In this document: positions 11,297 through 25,146 of the stretch, in pieces | Layout: each line of letters opens with the position of its first letter | Position numbering within the stretch: the first letter of the stretch is position 1 | Assembly (NCBI RefSeq): GCF_006345805.1 | Contig: NW_021829879.1 | Coordinates: 1-36,820, forward strand | Reading direction: 5' to 3' | Length of the DNA stretch: 36,820 nucleotides | Source of the DNA: Octopus sinensis | Lineage: Eukaryota | The notes under the pieces: model-generated | The model's input: only the letters and a program-made list of their open reading frames with translations | Told to the model about the DNA's origin: nothing | The model's database searches: none | Translations under genes and position numbers: made by a program

Positions 11297-11480
11297 GTCA
11301 TTCTCATCCTTATTCTCTCCCCTCCTCTTCATTCATCATCATCATCGTCAACATCATCGTCGTCATCATCGTCGTCGTCATCATTATCATTATCATCATC
11401 ATCATTATCATCATCATCAGCGTCATCATCATCATCATCATCACCACCACCACAACCATCCTCAGCATCATGAGCGTCGT
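11000..11480. repeat. (CAT)n/(CGT)n trinucleotide block with a duplicated internal segment
   Basis: CGTCATTCTCATCCTTATTCTCTCCCCTCCTCTTC occurs near 11103 and near 11296. Confidence 0.9.
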
Positions 11481-11799
11481 CTTCATCACTTCCGCCCTCT
11501 TATACCTCCCCCTCTTCTCCTCTTTCTTCTCCTTTCCCCTCCTCCACCATCTTTTCCTCCCCCTTTCCCCTCTTCTCCCTCCTCTCCATCCTCTTCACTT
11601 TCCAACTGAATGTATTTCATTTTCTTCCTCAATGGAGATAGTAATCGTTCCGCCTATTGTCAACCAAGGCTGACTACTGCTCCCTCGGGTTTTAGATCCA
11701 GTCAGTGGCATGTCATCGGCTCAACCCTACTGATTAACAGCCATTTTCCCCCATTAACCCCCAGCCACTGCCGTGCCCACTACCCCCTACACTAACAGT

Positions 11800-13140
11800 G
11801 CCTCTACCACAGTCACTATACCTACAACTAACGCCGACCATACCACCACCACCACCAACAACACCAACACCATCATCACCACTACCACCGTCACGACCCT
11901 CAACTGCCGCGACCACCACCACCACCGTTACAGCAGCTAGTCCACCACCACCACCACCACCACCACTACTACTACCACCATCACCACTATCACCATCACC
12001 TCAACCACCATCATCACCATCACTATCATCACCACCACCACAACCGTTACGGCAGCTAGTACCACCACCACCAGCACCACTATCACCATCATCACCATCA
12101 CTACCATCACCACCACTTCCATTACCAACACTACCACAACTGCTGCCACCAGCACCGTTACAGCACCTAGTACCACCACTAACACCATCACTATCAACAT
12201 CAGCACCACTACCACCACCACTACTAACACAATTGCTGCCCCCACCACCGCTACAGCATCTAGTTCCACAAATACCAGTACTACCACTTCAACTATAGCA
12301 AATATCACCACCACTAGTACCAGAGCAGATATCAACACTACTATCATCGATACTACCCCACTACTAATACCACTAACATCACCATCACCACAACGACTAC
12401 CACCGCTACTGCTACCACTACTACCGCTACCGTTTACGTGGTGCTACCACCACCAACGGTATTAACGCCAACATCTCCATCGGGTCTTACCATCACTGTG
12501 CCATCACCAAGACATCGCTACCAATATAATTAATACTACCTCTGCAACCATCACTACCAATAACAGCAGCTACAACAATACTATAACCGGCATAACCTCC
12601 ACAACTACCACCAACACCATACCTTCTACCATTAGTATCACCGACTCGATTACAATGACTGCCGTGCTACCACCTGAACCACCACCAAAAGCACTGCAAA
12701 TATCACCACTACTACTACCACCACTAACACCACCACTATAAGAACAATAGAACTGTCTCTGCCATTACTAATGTTTACTGTAACCTATACTACCATCGCC
12801 ACTCTCATACCACCACCACTATCACTACTACCCTTACTGTGATTCCCACCTCTATCAACGTTAACACGACTACAACCACAGCCATTACGACTACCACTGT
12901 CACGACCACCATCACCACCGCAACCATCATGTCAACGCCACCGCCATCAGCAGAGCGAGCAACATTATCATGCCACCAACAGCACCACCAACATCATTAC
13001 AGCCGCCTCAGCATCATGTTACCACCACGGCCACGCACACCACCATCATCACCACCAACAACAACACCAAAAAAACAACAAAAACAGCACCATCAACACC
13101 ACCACCACCACCACCACCGTCACCACCACCGCTAACCACC
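11800..13140. repeat. Degenerate (ACC/ACT/ATC)n low-complexity region with a ~93-120 bp higher-order repeat
   Basis: Anchor CCG[T/C]TAC[A/G]GCA[G/C/T]CTAGT at 11925, 12044, 12155 and 12248. Confidence 0.8.
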
Positions 13141-13382
13141 ATCGTTGATGACTTCTCAGATGAAACATTTCTGCTCCAGTGAATGATGAAGTGGTAGCTA
13201 TGGAGTATTATACTATTATTCTCTGCTCGCTGACAGCCCTCAGCAATCTCTCCGCTCGGCTTTAAAATCCTACGTGTATACATAACCATACACATGACAC
13301 GTTCATATATATATATATGTAAAACCTACATGTACATCCGCATCTGCATCCATTCGTGTACGCATACACGGATCTAGTTAGT

Positions 13383-13423
<41 letters not shown>

Positions 13424-13581
13424 AATATATATTATAATTATGCAAGCAAGTATCTAGCATCTACGTATGCGTAATATATATGTGGTGTACATATATTATA
13501 TATATATATATATTATGTGTGTATGTACATATATATAATATATATATATATATATACACATATATATACATATATGTATAT

Positions 13582-13618
<37 letters not shown>

Positions 13619-13720
13619 CATAATTATACACACCCACACAGTTACATATGAATATGTGTGAATGTCACTGCTTATGTATACATATCAGTTTGTGTCTATA
13701 ATATATATATATATATGTGT

Positions 13721-13758
<38 letters not shown>

Positions 13759-14149
13759 CATACATACCTGCATACAAACATACATATGTAACCGCATATA
13801 TAGATATATAACGTGTGCGTGTACATATAAGATCGTCTGAAATAAACAGAAGAAAAAGAAGGGGAGAAAATAAAATACGAATTAGAAATAATAAAAGAAA
13901 AAAAATGGCAGAAGGAAAACAACAGATGTAAAAGGGGATGTCATGGGCGGAGGTAAAATACGGAAAACACTTGAAAATTATAAGAAACCCAACATAAAAC
14001 AAAAAAAAAAAAAAATTAACAACGGAAGATAAGACAAAAAAAGACCTCCATTAAGTTTCATATTGTAAATGAAAACAGAAAACACACATACGTAGGCTAT
14101 TACACGCACACATATATATTAATACACACTCACACACACACACATATAT

Positions 14150-14189
<40 letters not shown>

Positions 14190-14236
14190 TATATATATTC
14201 TCATACACATTCATATATATATATGTATTGTATCAA

Positions 14237-14295
<59 letters not shown>

Positions 14296-15049
14296 GATGA
14301 TGATGATAGTAGTAAAGTTTAATGTCAATGAGAAAAGGGAAAGATTACGGTTCCCTATTAAATCCTACTTGACCTCAAAGTATTTTTCTTTCAACGATAA
14401 TCCGATAGAGAAAATTAGAGCCTTAGCCATGCCGATTTGATGTTCCGTCGCAGACATAGACGAGGGCATTTCACGAGGAACCGGATCAAATCCTACCAAC
14501 ACGTCCTACACGAACGAGCCGCCCATATATTGTATGTCGATAATACATACAATATATATATATATATAAATATATATATATGTATGTATATATATATACA
14601 TATACATATACATATATATACATATACGTATATATCTTTATATACATATACGTATATATATTTATATACATTATATATATATATATTTATATATGTATAT
14701 ATATATATGTATATATATACATATATGCATATATATTTGTCTGAGTGTGTGTGTGTGTGTCTGTATGAATGTAGTTTCGTCTGATTGTGTGTATCTCTAC
14801 ATATGTACATTCGCATTTAGATATGTGTGTGTACCGCCATCAAGCTAAAACTGAAAGATGCTTAATGTATAGAATATAAAATTATAACAACAGCAACAAC
14901 AACATCAACAACAACAATAAAAGTATCGACAACTACAACAATAACAATAGATACAACACGAAAAAACAAGAACGAAACACATCGGCCATAATGTTAGGAA
15001 GCAAATAATAATTAATGTATATTAGAAATTTAAAGAACAGAATATAGTA

Positions 15050-15445
<396 letters not shown>

Positions 15446-15804
15446 ATAAGAATATTACAATAAATACATAAACGAAATGCATTTATTTGTGACGACATTA
15501 CTCAATTGTTTGTTCTAGAATTTACCAAACAACATCAGAGTAAAGAAATGCTCTCTCTCTCTTTCTCTTTCTCTTTCTCTCTTACCATCTTTGCTCGGCT
15601 GGCAACTAATCATATTGTCTTTTGCAAGTATACACCCACTTCTCTTCCGCACTGTCTTTTAGATTCATAAACACCCACGCACATGCATACACACACACAC
15701 ACTCTCACATATGTGTGTGTGTGTGTGTGTGTGGTGTGTGTGTGTGTGCACGCTTCTGAGTCTGTGTGTATGCGTGTCAGTGTATTTGTGTGGCTAAACG
15801 CCTG

Positions 15805-15901
15805 AAATATGTGATATTTCTACATATGATTTTCTCTGAGATTTCCAGCCGGAAAATATGTGATATTTCTACGTATGATTTTCTCTGAGATTTCCAGCCG
15901 G
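15805..15901. repeat. Tandem duplication, period 49, one substitution
   Basis: AAATATGTGATATTTCTAC[A/G]TATGATTTTCTCTGAGATTTCCAGCCGG at 15805 and 15854. Confidence 0.95.
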
Positions 15902-15920
15902 TCTGTATAAGACACATAGA

Positions 15921-16265
15921 ATATATGTATGTCATTATTAAATTTTATTTCAAGATTTCTTGCCAATAGAGAAAGAATCGGTTTCTAACCAAGATCCAAG
16001 CCTCTTTCGTTTGAATTTTAACATCAACAACAGGGTATTTTTGTATGTCATTATTAAGTTATTTTCAAAATGTCTTGCCAATAGAGAAAGAACCGGTTTC
16101 TAACCTAGATCCAAGCCACCTTCATTGGTATTTCAACATCATCAACAGGGTACTTTTGTTTGTTTGTATGTATGTATGTATTTTTGTTTGTATTTATGTA
16201 TGTGCAGATTTGTATGTTTTATGCGTGTATTCCCATGCATATAGTTGCATATCTAGACATGCTCA
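15921..16265. repeat. Unclassified dispersed repeat with an internal ~116-bp tandem duplication
   Basis: TGTATGTCATTATTAA at 15926 and 16042; homologous to 4300-4545. Confidence 0.8.
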
Positions 16266-16269
16266 TACT

Positions 16270-16366
16270 AGGGAACAGTTGCCCAAGGTGCCACGCAGTG
16301 GGACTGAACCCAGAACCATGTGATTGGTAAGCAAACTACTTACCATACAGCCACTTCTGCGCCTCT
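16270..16366 (-). mobile_element. 5' head fragment of the OK/Ceph-like SINE family
   Basis: Reverse complement matches the head of the 32452-32842 copy (GAAGTGGCTGT.TGGTAAG...CACATGGTTC...GTGGCACCTTGGGC). Confidence 0.85.
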
Positions 16367-16368
16367 GT

Positions 16369-16413
<45 letters not shown>

Positions 16414-16832
16414 CGTGGAGTAGTTGAAACAGGGACAACTGAAGAAGGGGAATATTCTTTATGTTGTATGTCTCGTTTCTATGTTTTTGTTTTGACATCC
16501 TGTACGCATATATGCATGTATATATACATATATATGTAGGTATGTACATATATTTATACATAGTTTAGGCCCCCTGCGTGGATACTTGGGCAAGTGCCTT
16601 CCACCATATTCTCGAGTAAACCAAAGCTTTGTGCGTGGATTTGGTATGGTTGCTGCAATAAAAACGTTATGATAACCGCAATAAACGCTTTGGCTCTGAG
16701 GAAATTATTGCTCTGTCACTCAGCTAGTTCAAGCTGCTCGCATAGAAATAGAAGAAGCAGATGTAGACATATGAACATGATTATATGAATCTCTACTTTT
16801 CTCATTTGTGTACTAATCTGAGTGACGTGTGT

Positions 16833-16870
<38 letters not shown>

Positions 16871-17096
16871 GCGTGTGTGTGTGTGTGTATGCATGTGTGT
16901 GTGTCCAGTGCATTGCCTTAAGGCATGGGCACATTCAGGATTTTCTCGAGATCTCACGGGTCTCATGGGTCTCACGGGTCTACCGGGTCTACCGGCTCAA
17001 TTCTGACCAATGCGTACCGTGGCTTGGCTGTTAATAAATACCTAGTTTAGGATCGAACGCATTGATTTGTCTATTAGTCTATAACGCTTGCAAAAC

Positions 17097-17098
<2 letters not shown>

Positions 17099-17165
<67 letters not shown>
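17099..17165. repeat. (CT)n microsatellite
   Basis: Direct reading. Confidence 0.97.
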
Positions 17166-17171
<6 letters not shown>

Positions 17172-17611
17172 TGTGTCGCAAAATATAAAATCTCCTGGTA
17201 GTCAGATGTACAAAGAACTTTAACACTGCTCGATATCATCATCGGCAGAGATCGATAATCGTAAATGTGTTTACTAGTAATATACATCTCTTTCGTTCTG
17301 TTCGGTAGCATCTCTTGTTATTGTCCTATCAAGGAAATTTGCCATGGTTATTGATGCTGAATCATATAAATTGATGCAGTTTTGATGAGTACGGAACATT
17401 CTGTTATTTAATATCCATTTCAGTTAATACTAATCTAACCCTGCCGTTTCTTTTCTCTCCTCAGTTTTCTACACGCGTGTTTACACTGTCACGCAGTTGA
17501 AGTGTTCGATAGTTGAGATATGCCGACAGGTTACCACTTGTTCATCAACTCCTTATCATTATTATCATCATCATCATCATCGATGTTATCGTTATCGTCG
17601 TCGTCATTTGT

Positions 17612-17697
17612 CATTGTGGTTGTCAAGCAATGGTGGGGAGACAAAGACAGACACACAAATACATATATACTTACATAAACTAAAAGAAGCCACTCGT
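17612..17697 (-). mobile_element. Internal fragment of the OK/Ceph-like SINE
   Basis: GGTTGTCAAGCAATGGTGGGGAGACAAAGACAGACACAC...ACTAAAAGAAGCC corresponds to the middle of the 32452 copy. Confidence 0.55.
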
Positions 17698-17977
17698 ATT
17701 TATATATATATTAATCAGCCGAAATTGCGAAGATGATCCGGTTCTTGACTGATGATTGGGGGCTTCGAATGTCCCGTCGGTGTTTTTTGTGTCGTCTTCT
17801 AAATGTTTCACGTTCTTGTCCCAGTTTGTATATTTTTTTTTACTTTTACATATATATATATATGTGTATGATATATATATATAGATAGATATAGATAGAT
17901 AGATAGATAGATATAGATAGATAGATTAGATAGATATGATGGATAGATAGATGATAGATGGATAGATAGATAGATAG

Positions 17978-18016
<39 letters not shown>

Positions 18017-18017
18017 C

Positions 18018-18057
<40 letters not shown>

Positions 18058-18489
18058 CGGTAGATTTTAGATGATCCGTCATACGATAATAGACTCAGAT
18101 AGATTTAGATCGAGCCTAGATATATTTAAGATAATAAGACCTTCATAGATAGATGCCACGCAGTGGGATGATAGGAACCATAGATAGATAGATAAGCATA
18201 GATACTTCCATAGCCACTCAGATGATCACTCGATCGTTCTCTCAGATATTCTCTAGCTAGATAGATGATTTTCTGGGTCTCCCAGTCTCTTACTAGATAG
18301 ATAGATAGATAGATACTCTCTAGATAGATAGATAGATTAGTTCCATGATTTAGACCTTAGATACAATTGAAGAGAGGGAGAGATAGATAGGGGGAGAGAG
18401 GAAAGAGATATAGATAGATAGATATATATTTAATTTTTTTCTTTTAATCGGTTTCCGCTCGAAGGTGGGCCTGCCAGGGCAACTCCGTT

Positions 18490-18902
18490 GACTGTATAAT
18501 AATATAAACCTTTCTATTATAGCACACCTGAAATTTACAAGAGGAGACTATCACTCATTCAATCGCCCCCAGTAATTCCCTGTCCTTGTTTTTTTGTCGA
18601 CCCCTGAAGGATCTCTCTCAAATTCCTCGGAATTTCAACACAGAAGAAGCGACGGGTGAAATACCTATTTCCTTTACTACCACAAGGGGGCTAAACGCCG
18701 AGAATGTACAAAGGACCTTTCGACAAACGGATTAAAAAAGTCGATTTCATCGACCCCAGTGCGTGACTGGTACTTAATTTGTCGACCCCGAAGGATGAAA
18801 GGCAAAGTCCGACCTCGGGAATTTGAACTCAGAATGTAGCGGCAGAAATACCGCTATGCATTTCGTCCAGCGTGTTAATGATTCTGCCTGCATGTCACCT
18901 TA
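18490..18902 (-). mobile_element. Error-rich or degraded SINE dimer (AAGGCGGCGAG family)
   Basis: Contains the junction GAAATACCTATTTC (18658-18671) and the body GATGAAAGGCAAAGT...GAATTTGAACTCAGAA. Confidence 0.7.
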
Positions 18903-18938
18903 TATAATAATAATAAAATAATAATAATAATAATAATG

Positions 18939-19011
<73 letters not shown>

Positions 19012-19013
<2 letters not shown>

Positions 19014-19557
19014 CCCTGATGCAGTACCAAGCAGTGACTCTCGTGTCTTCTTATCTTAACTGATTGGAGGTGTTATCATGTACATCGTTTTGTCTTGGTA
19101 TAAAACATGGACGACAACAAATATTCTGCTCAGCACCACAGATTTGTGTGTCAGTTGCTTGACCTTAACCAGTTGACCATGTCCCTAAGTGGCTGACGAT
19201 ATGTGCATCTCTGATCACGAACAGAAATAGTGGGGGAGTATCATAGCCATGTGTTGTGAGGAATTCTTTGGCGTTTGGATAATTCACCTTCGGAAACATG
19301 GGTGTTTCGTTGAACATCCTTAAACAACCCTTATTCAGGGATGGGCTACTCAACCAGAAGAAAATTCCAATTGAGCTTCACCTGCAAAGCCATGCGCTGT
19401 TAATCTTGATATGAGATGAGACCACCATGTCACGCATATATGGTTGTGATGCATGTGCCTGGTGTGCCCTTATCAGACAGGTAGTCACGATGGGTATACT
19501 GGGCTTTGTATATTTTACGCCAGTATCACTTTGATGGCATGCACTGCTCTCTCACTC
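19012..19557. mobile_element. Unclassified ~546-bp non-coding element flanked on both sides by (AAT)n
   Basis: (AAT)n at 18904-19011 and 19558-19653; a second partial copy lies in inverted orientation at 29488-29830. Confidence 0.75.
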
Positions 19558-19584
19558 AATAATAATAATAATAATGATAATAAT

Positions 19585-19655
<71 letters not shown>

Positions 19656-19729
19656 TGACCCACTGATGGAATATATAGCGGCACAGCTCGGTACGATCCC
19701 ATTACAATAATGTTGCGAGTTGGAATCAT

Positions 19730-20281
19730 AGATAAACGGATTAAGTCAATTATATCGACCCCAGTGCGTAACTGTTACTTATTTAATCGACCCCGAAAGA
19801 AGGAAAAAGCAAAGCCTACCTCGACGGAATTTGAACTCAGAACGTATCGGCAGACGAAATACCTATTTCTTTACTACCCACAAGGGGCTAAACATAGAGG
19901 GGACAAACAAGGACAGACAAACGGATTAAGTCAATTACATCGACTCCAGTGCTTGACTGGTACTTAATTTATCGACCCCGAAAGGAACAAAGGCAAAGTC
20001 GACCCCGGGGGAATTTGAACTCAGAACGTAGCGGCAGACGAAATACCTATTTCTTTACTACCCACAAGGGGCTAAACATAGAGGGGACAAACAAGGACAG
20101 ACAAACGGATTAAGTCAATTACATCGACTCCAGTGCTTGACTGGTACTTAATTTATCGAACCCGAAAGGATGACAGGCAAAGAAAACCTCGGCGGAATTT
20201 GAACTCAGAACGTAACGGCATACGAAATACCGCTGAGCATTTTGCCCGGCGTGCTAACGTTTCTGCCAGCTCGCCGCCTTT
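19730..20281 (-). mobile_element. SINE trimer (AAGGCGGCGAG family), 184-bp unit
   Basis: Head at 20281 on the minus strand; junction GAAATACCTATTTC at 19856 and 20040; the two downstream tail-a blocks look essentially identical. Confidence 0.92.
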
Positions 20282-20834
20282 GAGCGAGAACTGTATATAG
20301 AGCCCAACCTTTAAGCTTGTCGTACGTGTTTGAAAAAATGCCAGAGTTATCAGGGTCACGCGGATAAAGACTGATTGTCACTCTATACATATGAATAATA
20401 TAAACGATTTCACACATACAAGACTGATAAAGTGAACAGTAATCGGTGACCGAAGGAGACACGTATTGAGAGTAACACAGAACGAGAATGGACAAGGAGA
20501 CAAAGAGAAAGAGGGAGGAATGACGTGGTGGAAGGGGCGGGTTGGCGGGACACGGGTGTTGTGGAAGATAGTTGAGAGATAATAGCGAATGATAGAGACA
20601 GAGAGTTTACAGAGTGGATGGCGGGATGGCGGCGGCGGTGGTGGCGGTGGCGGTGGTGTGATGGCTGAAGATATTGGTAATTACTCTATTTGAATAGCGA
20701 CAAATTAGAGGAATTAAGAGCTAATTCTACTAATCTATCAAACTATTTGATCGGGACTAATTTTCGCTAATACGTCTTTGTGTGTTTCTGTGTTTGTGTG
20801 TGTGTTTGTATGTGTGTGTGTGTGTGTGTGTTTT

Positions 20835-20865
<31 letters not shown>

Positions 20866-21119
20866 TAGTATTAGCTGAGAAAAATGAAAGATATTGATGA
20901 ACAAATATCTTTGTAATCTTTGTTGAAGTTGTGGTGGTGGTGGTGGTGGTTGAGGTGGTGGTGGTGGTGATGGTGGTCGTAGTGATGGTGGTCGTAGTGG
21001 TCGTAGTTCTTGTTACTAATAGCGTTGGCGGACTTGTTACGTCTACAATTACTGAGGTTGTTGTTGCTTGTTACTTTTGGTTTACATCTTCCTTATGATG
21101 ATGTTGATGTGTTTCTGTG

Positions 21120-21176
<57 letters not shown>

Positions 21177-21198
21177 CTATATATATATATATTATAGC

Positions 21199-21231
<33 letters not shown>

Positions 21232-21331
21232 GTATGTATATATATATGTACTATATATAAATATGTATTTATTTATGTATGCATATGTGGGGGGTGCATG
21301 TGTGTGTGTACTTATATTTACAAATATGTAC

Positions 21332-21363
<32 letters not shown>

Positions 21364-21368
21364 TCTTA

Positions 21369-21422
<54 letters not shown>

Positions 21423-21566
21423 CATCTCTGCTTGACAGAGGAAAGAAACTTCGAATGACCCGTCCTGTTTTCTTTGTATTGACTATCTGGATGTTGTGTT
21501 GTCCCTTTTTGTATCACCTAGCTGCCGGATGTTTTGCGTCCTTGTCCCATTTTGTATATATATATA

Positions 21567-21599
<33 letters not shown>

Positions 21600-21622
21600 C
21601 TATGTATATACATACACAACAC

Positions 21623-21653
<31 letters not shown>

Positions 21654-21786
21654 AATGCATGCACATATATACGTATACACATTGTACATATAGCTATATG
21701 TGGATGTGTGTATATATGTGTGTGGCGTGTATACATGTATGTTCACACAGACACACATATATATATATAGGGATGCATGTGTGTAT

Positions 21787-21820
<34 letters not shown>

Positions 21821-23244
21821 ACTTTATTGAATATGTGTACGTATATATATATATATATATATAAATATATCTATATGCAGGTACATCTATGATGTGTATG
21901 CATACAGGTAGGTTTGCAGACACACAGGTAAGTATACAGGTAGGTATACCTGTATACCTGTATGTTTGTTTGCATTCATGTTTGCATGTGGCTGGTGATC
22001 AAAGCAATTTTGTTCAGCAAGTGACGTACGATAGCCATTGATTCGATCACTTTTAATGACTCAATCACGAAGCTTTCCAATCCATTTTGACATATGATTG
22101 CCATTCGTTCTTCATAAATTATTCGTACTCCCACTAAAAACACTCCGGCTTCTCTGTATCTGCCTCCACCGCTTTCCACCACATATTCTTAAATCTTCCT
22201 CCCACTCCTTATATTCTTTCCTTCTTTCTTTCATTTGTTTCATTCCATCAATTTTCTATCTGTATTCTTTCCTTTATCATTTGCATCTCCTTCATATTAA
22301 ATAAAGTAATACTAATTTGTTTGCCTCTTGTTTGGTTGTTTTGTTTATAATTTATTTTTCATATTAGCTCATATCTGCCCATCCATCAATATATATCGAT
22401 CTCTCAGGTACCAACTTCACAATAATCCTCTACTTGCATAGTATGTTTGTATATATGTTTTTGCCTGTGTCAGTGTGTGTGTGTGTGTGCGAATGGGCGT
22501 GAATATTTGATACGGTATATAATGGATCTACGTGCGATCTCTTAAAACGAACATCGGTTTTCTAGTGCTACCCTTAAAATTGCTTTTATGTATATAAATG
22601 TGTGTGTGCGTATGTGTGTGTGTACACGTGTATATACGAATGTACACACATAAACACACACACACACGTAAAAAGCGTTGCCCCAAAAATGTTCTACTTG
22701 TACTAAAACTTTCTCATAATATATATATATATTTATATATATATATGTTTTTGTGTGTGTGTGTATGTTTGTATGTATGTATGTATGTATGTATGTATGT
22801 ATGTATGTATGTATGTATGTATGTATGTATGTATGTATGTATGCATGTATGTATGTATGCATGTATGTATGTAGAGCAACGAGCTCAGAAGTTAAAACTT
22901 ATTATCTCGGCTGATAGCCAAAGACTAAAGAAAAATATACCTGTATCATAAGAATTTGAATTTTGATATTTCTTAATTCTCATTAGCAGATCCCACTTTG
23001 CACGTAGCTCGATTTCAGTTGGTCTGTTATGCTTTCAGTGAAATGGCGGCTTATTAGTGGATCTTTTACTCTTATCTTTAGCAAGCTGGTACTTCGTGTA
23101 CCTTCAATTATAATTATAAATTAATTATATAATTTATGGATTTGACCTTTATCGGTATAATTGCTCGCTGACCACTTATATAAATATTATTATTATTATA
23201 TTATTATTATATTATTATTATTATTATTATTATTATCATTATTA

Positions 23245-23289
<45 letters not shown>

Positions 23290-23543
23290 TATTTGGTTAT
23301 TTATTTTGCTGCTAATAATAATAGTAATAATATCTATATAATATTCATGTGAATATTTATTCACACCCCCATCCACACGCACACACACATAATGGCATAT
23401 ACATATACCAACATATATCTAGATGTATGTATGTATGTTATGTATGTAATGTATGTATGTATGTATGTATGTATGTATTTATGTATATATGTCATGTATG
23501 TATGTATGTATGTATGAATGGGTATGTATGTATGTATGTATGC

Positions 23544-23574
<31 letters not shown>

Positions 23575-24976
23575 GATATAATAATATATATATATACTAA
23601 CGACCACAATACGGGCGCCCCCCTTTTTCCGGTCATTTACTTTTAGCGTTCCTGTAACTAAAACGTGAAATGCATTCGCTCTATATGTTTTCTCGATGAA
23701 AAATTTGTCTATATAATTTGTGTACAAAAAATAAATATCGGGGGACCCTAAGTTACGATGTTTCGACGTGACTTCGCCTCCTCTATGGCAGAGACTGCAT
23801 GAATGGCTTGACAAAATCACACAAAACGCTGTCATTTGTAGCTTAGCTCGGTTCGTTTTTACTCAGATGATCTTCCTCGCTCTACTTCACAAGTCCGTAT
23901 CGAATGTAAGCGTACACACAATCATACACAGGAACGCAAAAACAAAGAGGGTTAAATATTTTTTTTCTATTTTTCTATTTTAATCAGTAGAGAAATTGAT
24001 AGAATAAAACAAACACAAAGAAACACAATGGAAAATATTTACAATATTTCAAACTAATAAATTATGCATTCACCTAGTTATTATAAAATTCCTCAACTGG
24101 TGCAGGGGTTGTCGTGACAATGACGGTCATTGGGGTGTTGTTAAATTAATAAATATCTAACACTGGACGTCTAGAGCAGATATGTCTGTATGAAGGTTTA
24201 AATTTAGATTTGGCTATTAATGTCAGTTTAAACTGTTATTTACTTCTCATTCTTTCAGTAGGCTGTGCTCCAGCCTGGTCTCAGTCTTTTGACTGAAACA
24301 AAATAAAGAAGCAAAATTGTCTCAAGGACATATGATTCAACCGATTGTTATTTTGCTTTGTTTTTATTGCTATCATAAAGATTGATGTTAATTGATGACT
24401 TCAGTGACAACATCACATTCAAGGTGTTATTTACATTTCATAGTTGATGTGTTGATAATTTGACCTCTATCATTGAACATTACAAAAAGGGGCTAGTTTA
24501 TGATTGTCTACCAGATAGTTAGGGCATTGCTCTTACTGTTGCTCCTGGGGCTACGTCTACTACCCTTTAACCCGAAGCAGGCCTTGATCTTTCAGAACAG
24601 GGTTGGAAATGAGTTTGCAACAGTGGCAATCGCAACCATAATTTTTGTTTCTGTGTTAAGTATAACCCAGATCAAACTATACAATATTTTGTCCCCCGCT
24701 TTCTATTCCTTTGTTCCCCTACGTAAATAAGTTTAATTTGGTGTATCACATACCGCGTTTAGAAAGAATACAGCATATAAATTAAAAGTGTGTACATACA
24801 GAGGGTGACTCGACCAAATGAATGCCTTAATGTACAATTAGATAAACGAATACGTTTTCCAGTGCTGCACATAATTGCATGAAGTGAAGTATCGCTTTTA
24901 ATATAATAATATTTATTGAGGCACATACATAGTAGATATATCTACTTTGTATGTGCCAATATATATATATATATAT

Positions 24977-25146
24977 GGGGAAAATTCATGAAAAAAAACA
25001 AAAGACAACGATAGGTGGTGTAGAAAACAAAGAGGTGTCTAAGTATAACCCTCGGGAATCGAAAAAGTCTTTTACGTTTCGAGCCTACGCTCTTCCACAG
25101 AAAGGAACAGAAAGAAACAAGGAGAGGAAAAAATGTGTGTAGGGAC

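Noticed and set aside
16410-16505. GAAACGT at 16410 and CTGAAGA at 16439 as a hammerhead
   Set aside because: The boxes are in the wrong order or incomplete, with no GAAA after the core and no closing stems; possibly PLE debris but not supportable.
17716-17790. CAGCCGAAA (17716) and CTGATGA (17749) half-motifs
   Set aside because: They cannot be assembled into one fold; the 5' half is replaced by (TA)n.
23040-23150. YY1-like AAATGGCGG and homeodomain-like TAAT/TTTATGG motifs (YY1-like also at 28596)
   Set aside because: Short motifs expected by chance in AT-rich DNA; no conservation data available.
23596-23625. Possible second Helitron end (minus strand ...GGTCGTTAGT)
   Set aside because: No convincing hairpin, and TTAG instead of CTAG.
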